A stretch of DNA of 32,000 nt from Parcubacteria group bacterium GW2011_GWB1_45_10 (lineage in GTDB: Bacteria; Patescibacteriota; Minisyncoccia; UBA6257; Brennerbacteraceae). Positions 1 through 8,428 of this stretch are shown here, piece by piece. The translations under genes and the position numbers were made by a program. Location of the stretch: the NCBI GenBank assembly GCA_001001185.1, contig LCKC01000003.1, forward strand, positions 1 through 32,000. Direction: 5' to 3'. The first letter of the stretch is position 1, and every line of letters starts with the position of its first letter. The notes under the pieces were generated by a model that saw only the letters and a list, made by a program, of their open reading frames with translations, did not search any database and was not told the DNA's origin.

Positions 1-1
1 C

Positions 2-367
2 ATCGTCTACCTTTCCACTGAGGAAACCATACCGGCTGGCGGTTCAAGGAACTATCAGCTTAGCGGTACGGTGACGGCGCCCGGTTCCAACTCTTCAATC
101 AGCACTCAGCTGGTTTTGAGAGCCGACGCGACTACGGCTAGCATCCTTAAGGGCGCTGCCTGGCGCGATGTGGTTACGTCTGTCGCAGACAGCACCACAG
201 GAGTTAACACGGTAGTTAATGACACCGACTCCGGTTTTGTCTGGTCAGACAACTCGGCAACCGGCCACACCTATGGCGGTGAAGGCGCGGCGGGTGGAAC
301 GGCCGACTACGCAAACGGCGTCTTCATTGACACCTTCCCGTCAACGACTTACGCACGGTCCAACTAA
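2..367 (+). CDS. 3' end of an ORF running off the left edge; Thr/Ser/Gly/Ala-rich C-terminal fragment of a hypothetical, possibly surface or secreted, protein
   Basis: Frame 2 is open from base 2 to the TAA at 365-367. The ORF-track start at 71 is an internal GTG. A strong terminator follows. No family recognised. Confidence 0.5.
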   Translation: MVYLSTEETIPAGGSRNYQLSGTVTAPGSNSSISTQLVLRADATTASILKGAAWRDVVTSVADSTTGVNTVVNDTDSGFVWSDNSATGHTYGGEGAAGGTADYANGVFIDTFPSTTYARSN

Positions 368-385
368 ACCTATCCTTGAAGGTTC

Positions 386-417
386 GAAAGAGCCCCTTTT
401 CGGGGCTCTTTCGTTTT
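386..417 (+). terminator. Rho-independent terminator
   Basis: GAAAGAGCCCC (386-396), loop TTTTC, GGGGCTCTTTC (402-412): a perfect 11-bp stem followed by GTTTT. Confidence 0.75.
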
Positions 418-432
418 AAGCGTGATTTCGTT

Positions 433-438
433 TAGAAT
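433..438 (+). promoter_or_regulatory. -10-like box TAGAAT, 8 nt upstream of the ATG at 447 (predicted leaderless or near-leaderless transcript)
   Basis: TAGAAT at 433-438. There is no SD between it and the ATG. The -35 is weak and overlaps the terminator T-tract. Confidence 0.3.
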
Positions 439-446
439 TTAACAAT

Positions 447-2843
447 ATGCCGATAAACAATTTTCTTACGAGAACGGTTAAAATGCTTTTGTTCTTGTTC
501 GCTTTGACACCGCTCGTTGTTTCCGATTCTTTTTATCTTTTCCCGTTTGTCCTGCCGAAAGTGATATTTCTCCGTTCCGTCATCGGCTTGGCTTTGATTT
601 TATTCCTCGCCGATGTTTTGGCGGGTTTTTTCAAGACCCGAACTTTCCCGTCATTTCGTTTTTGGAAAAACCCGATCTTTATTTTCGTCTGCCTTTTCTT
701 AATATCCGCGGCTTTGAGTTCAATTTTTGCGCCCAATGCTTACCGTGCTTTCTTCGGCAATGCCGAGCGCAGCGAAGGACTCTACGGCATCCTCCATTAT
801 TTTGTTTTTATGATTCTCTCGCTTTTGATTTTCAGAAAGAAGGACTGGTTTACATTTTTTAAAATTCTTCTTGTCGTCGGTTTTATTTCTTCTTTTTACG
901 CTTGGCTTCAGTATTTGCGTATTGATAAATTCCCGCTGGCGTTTCCCGCCGAAGCCCAGCCCGGCTCGTTCCACGGCAATCCGGCTTTTTTGGCAAGCTA
1001 TCTTATTCTTCTTTTTGCGCCCGCCGCTTTCATTTTCTTAAACTCTAAAGAAGGCAGTTTTTGGCGCTATGCTTCGGTTTTCGTTTCGGTTTTCGCCTTT
1101 GCCACCGTCTTCATCACGGCCATCCGGGGCGCGATTTTGGGCCTTGCCGCCGGCCTTACGGTTCTTTTGATAATTTTGGCTTTCAGCTCAAAATTAAAAG
1201 TCAGGAAACTTTTTTTCGTAAATATAAGCGTCATTTTGCTCCTCGTTCTTATTGCTTTCGGATTTACTTTTTGGACGACGAAGGATTCGCCTTTCTGGCT
1301 CAAAATCCCCGGCCTTAATCGCTTAACCTCTCTTTCGTTTGAAAATCCGTCGGTTGTGACGCGTCTGGTGGGCCTTAAAATCAGCTGGGACGCTTTCAAG
1401 GAGAAACCGATTCTGGGTTGGGGGATGGAAAATTACGGCATCGCTTACAACAAGCACTTCGACCCGAGCTACTCTTTTTATGCAGAAGACTGGTTTGACC
1501 GGGCGCACAACCGGGTGGCCGACATTGCCGTGATGCAGGGACTGTTCGGATTTCTCGCTTATTTTGGGCTTTTGGGCAGCGTGTTCTATTTATTCTTCAA
1601 AGAATGGAAGAAAAAAAACGAGGGAGAGATTTCCCGGGCGGCGCCGGTTTTGGCCGCCGTCTTTGCGGCGTATTTCGTGAACAATTTTTTCCTTTTCGAC
1701 CAAATCACTTCTTACATCCCGCTTTTTGGAATTCTGGGATTTTTGATTGCCGAATCAAATATAGGGAGGTCCGACCTCCCAAATATTGATGGCAACGTCA
1801 GGAGGTCGGACCTCCGGGGAATTGGGCAGAAAATTAATCCCTACCTCTTTGCCCTGCCGGCTCTGGTTTTAACGGGCGGCGTACTCTGGGCACTCTATTT
1901 CTGGAATTACTTGCCGGTTTATCAAGTCATTACCCTCCGTGATGCCGTGAGGAGTCGTGTCGGCCAAAATATTTTGGCCGCCTCCGATAAATTTCTCACG
2001 CCCTACAACTACATCCAGATGGAGATAAGAAAGCAGTTTTTGGAAATTATTTACAACAGCAAGCTCATTACCAATGAGAAATTCAAGCCGCTTGCTGACA
2101 AAGCCCTCCAGGCCATGGAGGAATTCACGGACAAAGAACCGTTTGACCCGAGGCACTTCAGTTCCCTTATTGAATCCTACAACGAAAGAGCCAAAGAAGA
2201 CCCAAGTTTGTTTACCAAGACGGAAGTTTTCGCAAGGAAAGCGGTTGCTCTCTCGCCTAACCGCCAGGGCCTTCTTTATCATCTCGCCTTCACTTTAGCC
2301 GGTGAAGAGCGGTTTGACGAAGCGATTGAACTCTCAAGAGAAACACTTGCGCTTGACCCCCGCATCGCCAAAGCCCATTACGAACTTGCGATTAACTTAG
2401 CGCTTGCAGCCGACTCCGAAAAATATAAAGGCACGCCGAAACAAATGGAATACCGCACGGAAGCCCTCAAAGAACTTGACGAGGCATTAGATTTGGGCAG
2501 CCGCCGTTTGGGTTCCTTGGAGCCCTACAGCGGTTCGGATATCACCAACACCCAGTACTATCTTTTCTTGGAGAGCGACCTAAAGAATATGGTTATTTTG
2601 TATCGCAGTCTGGGTTTGCCAGACCGGATGGCTAAGGTTTTGGAAATTTTGATTGTTTCCCATCCGGAAAACAAGGATTACCGCTACGACGCGATGGTTG
2701 TTTACCGTGCCCTGCGCGATAAGGATAAAATAATAGAACACGCCGAGGCCTTAAAGAAACTAGACCCGGCGCTTGCCTCGGATATGGATACCATTATTGA
2801 TTTAGCGGAAAAAGGAGAGTGGGAGATTTTGGACTCATTCTAA
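447..2843 (+). CDS. O-antigen ligase/polymerase-like (Wzy_C family) polytopic membrane protein fused to a C-terminal membrane-anchored TPR-like domain
   Basis: 798-aa ORF. The N-terminal ~440 aa are strongly hydrophobic and multi-TM, with a WGMENYG...DRAHN segment. The C-terminal ~300 aa are helical-repeat (TPR-like; ALSPNRQGLLYHLAF, ALDPRIAKAHYELA). It is a clear paralog of 27603-28910 plus 28903-29502. Confidence 0.8.
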   Translation: MPINNFLTRTVKMLLFLFALTPLVVSDSFYLFPFVLPKVIFLRSVIGLALILFLADVLAGFFKTRTFPSFRFWKNPIFIFVCLFLISAALSSIFAPNAYRAFFGNAERSEGLYGILHYFVFMILSLLIFRKKDWFTFFKILLVVGFISSFYAWLQYLRIDKFPLAFPAEAQPGSFHGNPAFLASYLILLFAPAAFIFLNSKEGSFWRYASVFVSVFAFATVFITAIRGAILGLAAGLTVLLIILAFSSKLKVRKLFFVNISVILLLVLIAFGFTFWTTKDSPFWLKIPGLNRLTSLSFENPSVVTRLVGLKISWDAFKEKPILGWGMENYGIAYNKHFDPSYSFYAEDWFDRAHNRVADIAVMQGLFGFLAYFGLLGSVFYLFFKEWKKKNEGEISRAAPVLAAVFAAYFVNNFFLFDQITSYIPLFGILGFLIAESNIGRSDLPNIDGNVRRSDLRGIGQKINPYLFALPALVLTGGVLWALYFWNYLPVYQVITLRDAVRSRVGQNILAASDKFLTPYNYIQMEIRKQFLEIIYNSKLITNEKFKPLADKALQAMEEFTDKEPFDPRHFSSLIESYNERAKEDPSLFTKTEVFARKAVALSPNRQGLLYHLAFTLAGEERFDEAIELSRETLALDPRIAKAHYELAINLALAADSEKYKGTPKQMEYRTEALKELDEALDLGSRRLGSLEPYSGSDITNTQYYLFLESDLKNMVILYRSLGLPDRMAKVLEILIVSHPENKDYRYDAMVVYRALRDKDKIIEHAEALKKLDPALASDMDTIIDLAEKGEWEILDSF
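1764..1815. repeat. Pair of palindromic units (GGAGGTCCGACCTCC and GGAGGTCGGACCTCC) read in frame inside the Wzy_C-TPR gene
   Basis: Unit 1 is 1765-1779 (extendable to 1764-1780). Unit 2 is 1801-1815 and is the exact reverse complement of unit 1. Both are translated as RSDL in the linker GRSDLPNIDGNVRRSDLRG. Confidence 0.85.
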
Positions 2844-2852
2844 ACGGTAGAA

Positions 2853-4700
2853 CTAAACGATAAAATTGTCCAACGCCTTAACGGCCGCTTGCGGGCTATT
2901 CCGCAATTCCTTTGAAAGGGTTTCCAAACCGCTTTTTACGAGATTCGCGTCTTTCGATTTTTCGTTTTTGGTGATGAAGATTTTATCCCACTGGGTGCGG
3001 CCTACCTGTTTTTCGTCATCGGAGAAGATTTCTTCAAATATTTTCTCGCCCGGCCGGATGCCGGTGAAAACTATCGGCACGTCCAAGTCGGGCGTGAAAC
3101 CCGCCAAACGAATCATTTCCTTGGCGACGTCGGCGATTTTCACAGGTTTGCCCATATCCAGCATGAATATTTCGCCGCCACTGCCGACTGCCCCAGCTTC
3201 CATTACGAGAAGCGTTGCTTCCGGTATGGTCATAAAGTAGCGAGTCATCTCCGGGTGAGTAACCGTAACCGGCGAGCGAGATTTGATTTGCTCCTTGAAG
3301 AGGGGAACAACCGACCCGCGTGAGCCGATGACGTTGCCGAAGCGAACCGAAACGAATTTGGTTTTGTTTTCGCTGTTTAATCCCTGGACGATGACCTCCG
3401 CCACCCGTTTGGTTTTACCCATGACCGATACCGGTCGGATTGCCTTGTCGGTTGAGATGAGCACAAATTTCGGCACGCCCGCCTCCATCGCCGCCTCTGC
3501 TACGTTCAAGGTGCCGAAAACGTTCGTTTGAACAGCTTCTTCCGGGTATTCCTCCATCAAAGGCACGTGCTTGTAGGCCGCGGCGTGGAAAATCACGTCC
3601 GGTTTCCAATTCTTTACCAGAGAGAATATTTTACTGCGGTCGGAAATGTTGGCGATGACTGGCTGAAGCATTTCCACGGGGTAGGAGCGGATGAGTTCCA
3701 TATGAAGGTCATAGACGCCGCTTTCATTGAAATCAAGAAGAATTAATTTTTTCGGCTGAAAACCAGCGACTTGTCTTGCGATTTCCGAGCCGATGGAGCC
3801 AGCGGCACCCGTCACAAGTACTATTTTGTCTTTTACGAATTCCGCAATTTTCTCTGTTTCCAATTTTGCCGGATTCCGGCCTAAAAGGTCTTCAATCTCT
3901 ATTTCTCGGACGTCGGCCAAGCTCACCCGGCCGGATAAAAGTTCGTGGGTTTCAGGAATGATTTTAATGTCTTTAATGCCGGCTTCCCGTGCTGTTTTGG
4001 TGGCGTTTTTTATAACATCGGCTTCGGCCGAGGCGAGAGCGATGATAACGTGTTCAACGTTATTATCTTTAACAATTTTAGGCAGGTTTAGAACGGTACC
4101 CAGAACGCGAATGCCGTGGAGGGTAACCCCTTGTTTTTCCGGTCGATGGTCAACGATGCCGATGGGGAATATTTGCGCTTTATCGGATTTCAAAAGGACG
4201 CGGATTAACTGCTCGCCTTCGGGGCCCGCACCCACGATAAGAGCCCGCGGCGCATCGGAGACCGGACCTTTCTTTACGATTTCGTGCCAAACCCTCTTAG
4301 CAATTCTTATTGCGCCCAAAAATATGAGGTTCAGGAAATATGTTATGAAAATAACGGAGCGGGGGAAACCGGCAAAAAAAGCGGTATTTTCGCGGGCGAT
4401 GAAGACGATTATCGCAAAGACGGCATTGGCGTAGGTAACGGAGAGAAATAATTTATTTAACTCCCGCAAGCTTACAAATTCCCAACTAAAAGAATAAAGA
4501 CGGTTTGAGGAAAGTGCCGCGATGTTCAAGGCGGCAAGAATCAGGAAGTAATACAAAAACCGGCCCTGGTATTCCAAGGGCAGCGTTCCGTCAAAGCGGA
4601 GCAGGAAAGCAAGCCAAAGACCCAAAGCGATGAGTGCGATGTCGGCTAAGCCGAAAACTATCGCTTTCCGCCCGCGCAAATATTGATAAATATTCGCCAC
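2853..4700 (-). CDS. pglF: Membrane-anchored nucleotide-sugar 4,6-dehydratase of the PglF/CapD/WbpM family (polysaccharide biosynthesis protein)
   Basis: 615 aa with a GTG start. N-terminal TM helices, Rossmann motif VLVTGAAGSIGSE and an AAAYKHVP (YxxxK) motif typical of CapD-like enzymes. Confidence 0.85.
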   Translation of the reverse strand: MANIYQYLRGRKAIVFGLADIALIALGLWLAFLLRFDGTLPLEYQGRFLYYFLILAALNIAALSSNRLYSFSWEFVSLRELNKLFLSVTYANAVFAIIVFIARENTAFFAGFPRSVIFITYFLNLIFLGAIRIAKRVWHEIVKKGPVSDAPRALIVGAGPEGEQLIRVLLKSDKAQIFPIGIVDHRPEKQGVTLHGIRVLGTVLNLPKIVKDNNVEHVIIALASAEADVIKNATKTAREAGIKDIKIIPETHELLSGRVSLADVREIEIEDLLGRNPAKLETEKIAEFVKDKIVLVTGAAGSIGSEIARQVAGFQPKKLILLDFNESGVYDLHMELIRSYPVEMLQPVIANISDRSKIFSLVKNWKPDVIFHAAAYKHVPLMEEYPEEAVQTNVFGTLNVAEAAMEAGVPKFVLISTDKAIRPVSVMGKTKRVAEVIVQGLNSENKTKFVSVRFGNVIGSRGSVVPLFKEQIKSRSPVTVTHPEMTRYFMTIPEATLLVMEAGAVGSGGEIFMLDMGKPVKIADVAKEMIRLAGFTPDLDVPIVFTGIRPGEKIFEEIFSDDEKQVGRTQWDKIFITKNEKSKDANLVKSGLETLSKELRNSPQAAVKALDNFIV

Positions 4701-4707
4701 GTTAGTG

Positions 4708-4713
4708 ATTATA
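4708..4713 (-). promoter_or_regulatory. -10 box TATAAT (minus strand), 7 nt upstream of the GTG start at 4700
   Basis: Minus strand reads CCGTATAATCACTAAC-GTG. There is no good -35 at 16-18 nt (TTGACC lies 22 nt away). Confidence 0.35.
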
Positions 4714-4764
4714 CGGTATAACTAAATCGAGATTTGGTCAAATTTCCGAGAGAGGTTTTTAGCA

Positions 4765-4788
4765 GGTGGTATACTTAAGTATACCACC
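4765..4788. promoter_or_regulatory. Perfect 24-bp palindrome GGTGGTATACTTAAGTATACCACC in the degT-pglF intergenic gap (operator or U-tract-less hairpin)
   Basis: Checked base by base: the first half GGTGGTATACTT is the reverse complement of the second half AAGTATACCACC. Confidence 0.6.
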
Positions 4789-4839
4789 CGGATTTTATAT
4801 GACGGCACCAGAGATTTAGAGATTGTTTTCCAGTACTTT

Positions 4840-5994
4840 TTATTTGTAAAAATTTTTGATTGTTTCTATAACGTAGTCCACTTGCTCGTTGGTGAGTTCG
4901 GGGTACATCGGGAGCGATATCACGTCTTTGCAGATTTCTTCCGTTACGGGAAGCGAGGTGGCGTTCAAATTACCAAAACGCCACAATTTGCCCTTAGTTT
5001 CTTTCATCACCGGCTCTTCGTAGTTAGGCGTGGCATATTGAACAAGCGTTTCCGCTGATTGGTTATCGTCCAAATATTTTTTCAGTTCGTCGCGGCGTTC
5101 CACGAGAATAACGTAATTGTTGTAGATGTCACTTCGACGGTCATCATCGAAATGAGGGAGTTGTTTTACACCTTTCACGTTTTCCAATCCCTTCCGGTAC
5201 ATTTCGGCAATTTCTTTGCGTCTCCGGAGCCATTCTGGAAAATATTTCATTTTAACTAAAAGGAAAGCCGCCTTGATGTTGTCCAAGAGAAAATTATGGG
5301 CGTGGTAGTAAAAGTGCCGGTCTTCGCGGTCTTCGCCGTTGTAGCGCATCAGGCGCAGTTTTCTCGCCACTTCTGCATCGTCGGTCACGGCGATGCCGGC
5401 CGTGCCGGGGCCGCCCAAGGCCTTCGCCCAATACAAACTGAAACAGCCGACCAACCCGAAAGTGCCGGCTTTCTTTACGGTACCGTCCGCCATTTTCATC
5501 GTGGCGCCAAGCGCTTGGGCCGCATCCTCAATTACAATAAGCCCCTTTCTCTTGGCGATTTCCATTACCGCTTCCATATCGCATAACCGGCCGTTGAAAT
5601 GAACTGGCATAATCGCTTTCGTTTGCGGTGATATCGCCTCCTCAATTTTACTTGCATCCATATTAAAATCGCGGCCGACATCAACGAGCACTGCTTTGGC
5701 GCCTGTCATGCAGATGGTGGAGATACTAGCAATAAACGTGTGGGCGACGGTTATCACTTCATCGCCGGGACCCACACCTGCCGCTTGGAGAGCGATATCC
5801 AGAGCCGAAGTGCCGGAATTCGTAGCGATGCCGTATCTTGCCTCGCAGAGTTCAGCGAATTTTTCTTCAAAAACGGCGAGGTCTTTGGGCGTGACGAGTG
5901 CCCCGCGCTTTAAAACTTCATCCATCGCGCCCAAAAGCTCGTCGCGATGGTCGGCGTACTGTTTCTGCGGATTTACGAATCGTACTTTGTACAT
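4840..5994 (-). CDS. DegT/DnrJ/EryC1/StrS-family PLP-dependent nucleotide-sugar aminotransferase
   Basis: 384 aa with family-typical N-terminus and length, ATNSGTSALDIAL, VITVAHTFIAS, and an FSLYWAK lysine region. Confidence 0.85.
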   Translation of the reverse strand: MYKVRFVNPQKQYADHRDELLGAMDEVLKRGALVTPKDLAVFEEKFAELCEARYGIATNSGTSALDIALQAAGVGPGDEVITVAHTFIASISTICMTGAKAVLVDVGRDFNMDASKIEEAISPQTKAIMPVHFNGRLCDMEAVMEIAKRKGLIVIEDAAQALGATMKMADGTVKKAGTFGLVGCFSLYWAKALGGPGTAGIAVTDDAEVARKLRLMRYNGEDREDRHFYYHAHNFLLDNIKAAFLLVKMKYFPEWLRRRKEIAEMYRKGLENVKGVKQLPHFDDDRRSDIYNNYVILVERRDELKKYLDDNQSAETLVQYATPNYEEPVMKETKGKLWRFGNLNATSLPVTEEICKDVISLPMYPELTNEQVDYVIETIKNFYK

Positions 5995-5998
5995 ATTG

Positions 5999-6919
5999 TT
6001 ATTTGCCCTTAGTCATTAGCCGTCTTGCGGCCGCTGCGACGTTTTGCGGTGTAAGTCCAAAGTGTGCTCTTAAGAAATCGCGGTCGCCGATTTTTTTGGA
6101 AAACATGTCCGGAATGCCCAACATTTGAATTCTCACCCGACCGCCGTTTTTCGCAAGCACCTCTGCGACTGCGCTTCCCAAACCGCCCATGAGAGTATGT
6201 TCTTCAATAGTGATAATACACTTAGTTTCTCTTGCCGCTTTTAAAATAGTTCTTGCATCAAGGGGTTTCAAGGTATGCATGCTTATGACTCTCGCATTTA
6301 TTTTATTATTTTTGAGCATCTCGGCCGCATCAAGCGCGACCTTCAACATTCCGCCGATTGAGATGATCGTTACGTCACTGCCTTTTCTTACGGTAATCGC
6401 TTCGCCAATTTTGAATTTAGGTCTTTTTTTGTAGAGTTCGTTTTCAGTTGAGAGACGGAGATAACAAGGACCTTTATGGCGAATAATGGCGCGGGTCGCG
6501 AGTTCCGCTTCCGCGCGGTCGCCGGGTGCCACAACCGTTATATTGGGCAGAGCCCGCATAATTGCCAGATCTTCAGTTGCATGGTGGGTTGAGGCAAGGG
6601 CGCCATAATGAAGACCGCCGCCCACCGTCACCACTTTCACATTTAAATTATTGTAGCAGACGTCATTTCTTACCTGTTCCAGACAGCGAATGGTTGGGAA
6701 ATTGCCTAGAGAATACATAAAGACAATTTTGCCGGTTGAGGCGATGCCGGCGGCAATGCCGGCCAAATCCTGCTCGGCAACACCGACGTTCAGAAACTGC
6801 TTGGGGAATTTCGCCTGATAATTTTCAATAACTGAATAGCCCAAATCGCCAGTCAGGAAATAAATATCCTTGTTCTTGGCCGCTTCTTCCTCCAGGATTT
6901 TTATGAATGCATTTCTCAT
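5999..6919 (-). CDS. Transketolase C-terminal (pyrimidine-binding) subunit
   Basis: NVGVAEQDLAGIAAGIA motif. I use the internal ATG at 6919, which forms an ATGA overlap with the stop of the upstream subunit, rather than the ORF-track start at 6988. Confidence 0.8.
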   Translation of the reverse strand: MRNAFIKILEEEAAKNKDIYFLTGDLGYSVIENYQAKFPKQFLNVGVAEQDLAGIAAGIASTGKIVFMYSLGNFPTIRCLEQVRNDVCYNNLNVKVVTVGGGLHYGALASTHHATEDLAIMRALPNITVVAPGDRAEAELATRAIIRHKGPCYLRLSTENELYKKRPKFKIGEAITVRKGSDVTIISIGGMLKVALDAAEMLKNNKINARVISMHTLKPLDARTILKAARETKCIITIEEHTLMGGLGSAVAEVLAKNGGRVRIQMLGIPDMFSKKIGDRDFLRAHFGLTPQNVAAAARRLMTKGK

Positions 6920-7728
6920 TTCTTTTTTGAACTCAATTCTTTCAGGGCCTGCGCGAGAAGGACCTCGTCGGTGTTGGCGTAATGCCATTTAACCGTGTTT
7001 TCCATAAAACTCACGCCCTTGCCTTTTATGGTATGAGCGATGATAAATGACGGTTTTCCTTTTTTAAAAGGCACGCTTTTTAGAGTTTTAAGGATTTGGT
7101 TGTGGTTGTGGCCGTCGATTTCCCGCACTTCCCAGTTGAATGCCTTGAGCTTCGCCTTTAGCGGCTCCAAGTTCAGGGTTTTCTTGACGAAATCCAAGCT
7201 TTGGATTTTGTTGTAATCAACGATAGCGGTGAGATTATCCAGTTTGTGTTGCGGCGCAAAGAGGATTGCTTCCCAGTTGGAACCCTCGTCCAGTTCTCCG
7301 TCGGAGAGAAGGGCGAAGACACGGTATTTCTTTTTGTCGCGTTTACCGGCTAAAGCCACGCCGCAGGCGATAGGAAGGCCATGACCCAGAGCGCCGGTTG
7401 AGAATTCCACGCCCGGCACATCAAGCTTGGTGACGTGTCCCGCAAGCTTGCCGTTGTTTTTGTAATAAGTTTTGAGCCACCCCTTCGGGAAAAATCCTTT
7501 GTGGGCGAGGGCGGCATAAATAATTGCCGCCCCGTGGCCTTTGCTCACGATGAAGCGGTCGCGGTCCGGCCAATTCGGACTTTTCGGTTTCACCCGCAGG
7601 ATTTTTTTGTAGAGGATAGTGACAATGTCTGCGGCCGAAAGATTAGTGCCGAGGTGAGCGCTTTTCCCCCGATGACACATCCAGATAACGTCTTTCCTTA
7701 GTTCGTTAGCGATTAATTGCAGTTTCAC
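6916..7728 (-). CDS. Transketolase N-terminal (thiamine-diphosphate-binding) subunit
   Basis: 270 aa with a GTG start. GHGAAIIYAAL and the ThDP motif LLSDGELDEGSNWEA are present. Confidence 0.8.
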   Translation of the reverse strand: MKLQLIANELRKDVIWMCHRGKSAHLGTNLSAADIVTILYKKILRVKPKSPNWPDRDRFIVSKGHGAAIIYAALAHKGFFPKGWLKTYYKNNGKLAGHVTKLDVPGVEFSTGALGHGLPIACGVALAGKRDKKKYRVFALLSDGELDEGSNWEAILFAPQHKLDNLTAIVDYNKIQSLDFVKKTLNLEPLKAKLKAFNWEVREIDGHNHNQILKTLKSVPFKKGKPSFIIAHTIKGKGVSFMENTVKWHYANTDEVLLAQALKELSSKKK

Positions 7729-7737
7729 GATTGTTTT

Positions 7738-7765
7738 ATTATAGAGCGTAAGGCGTGACCGTCAA
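7738..7765 (-). promoter_or_regulatory. Sigma70-like promoter TTGACG-16-TATAAT, 9 nt upstream of the GTG at 7728
   Basis: Minus strand reads TTGACG GTCACGCCTTACGCTC TATAAT AAAACAATC GTG. Confidence 0.5.
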
Positions 7766-7781
7766 ATTATTTTTCCTTTTC

Positions 7782-7810
7782 TTGACAAAAAGATTTGTTT
7801 GTTTTATCTT
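7782..7810 (+). promoter_or_regulatory. Sigma70-like promoter TTGACA-17-TATCTT for the cupin gene
   Basis: TTGACA at 7782-7787, a 17-nt spacer, TATCTT at 7805-7810. The ~45-nt leader carries SD GGAGGG (7843-7848) 7 nt before the ATG at 7856. Confidence 0.45.
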
Positions 7811-7855
7811 CTAAGACGGCACAAACAATCGTTCACTCAAACGGAGGGCCAGAAA

Positions 7856-8410
7856 ATGACAGCGGTTGCGGTTCCGGTTCGGGCGCCGACCGTTCACGAC
7901 ATCACGGAATTTGAAACGGCGGGACCCTGGCCATCGAAATCCGGCGGCGAGCTCTGCGTTCTCACGCACCTCTCCGGCGACAGCGTGATGGGCATCCCCT
8001 TGATGCCTACCGCGAGCAGCTTCTTTCATTACGACAGCGATGAACTTGACCGTTCATCGCGGCAGCTCCCCGGGCTCCGGAAGTACACCGTCCGCGGGAT
8101 TCCGACGGGAAGGGTCGGCGGCACCGAGTTCCATAGGGTGCGGCAGGAGATGGTGTTCGGGCTCGAAGGCAGGGTCCGGTGGCAATGTGAGGACCTCTTC
8201 GGCGAGAAGCGCGAGTGGGTCATCACGCCCGATAACGGCATCTGGATGCCGCCCTTCATTCTCCACACCTACCACGCGCTCGAGCCTGGAAGCGGTCTCC
8301 TTGTCATCGCGAACACCCGCTTTGACATCGCCGACCCGAAGATGCGGGATAGCTACCCCCGCGAAGAGTTCCAGGCGCTCCAAGCCGAGTATCAGGAGAA
8401 CCACCGCTAG
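7856..8410 (+). CDS. Divergent WxcM/FdtA-like cupin (putative nucleotide-sugar 3,4-ketoisomerase-like protein)
   Basis: The C-terminal half resembles the WxcM-like cupin fold pattern (GGTEFHRVRQEMVFGLEGRV ... WMPPFILHTY ... LLVIANTRFD..D..RDSYPREEF). Start set at the SD-preceded ATG at 7856, not 7799. Markedly high GC. Confidence 0.5.
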   Translation: MTAVAVPVRAPTVHDITEFETAGPWPSKSGGELCVLTHLSGDSVMGIPLMPTASSFFHYDSDELDRSSRQLPGLRKYTVRGIPTGRVGGTEFHRVRQEMVFGLEGRVRWQCEDLFGEKREWVITPDNGIWMPPFILHTYHALEPGSGLLVIANTRFDIADPKMRDSYPREEFQALQAEYQENHR

Positions 8411-8428
8411 TTCTAACGGAGTAAACAG

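Noticed and set aside
1611-1618. A8 homopolymer in the Wzy_C-TPR gene (also A7 tracts at about 4375 and 29916) as possible slipped-strand phase-variation sites
   Set aside because: The tracts are short and encode ordinary Lys runs (KKKN). Without population or read-level length variation there is no support.
2105-2121. CCTCCA-GGCCA-TGGAGG hairpin inside the TPR region of 447-2843
   Set aside because: It is a 6-bp stem only, with a single unit that does not match the GGAGGT-N3-ACCTCC organisation. It is most likely a coincidental consequence of the ALQAMEE codons.
3793-4434. 213-aa + strand ORF, plus smaller ones at 2866-3240 and 3283-3531, inside the pglF-like gene
   Set aside because: It is antisense to a well-supported 615-aa family protein. 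The translated sequence is low-complexity with no recognisable motifs, so it is a typical shadow ORF.
4810-4825. Tandem AGAGATT-T-AGAGATT just downstream of the degT-type gene stop
   Set aside because: It has only two short copies in an AT-rich spacer, so chance cannot be excluded and no function is suggested.
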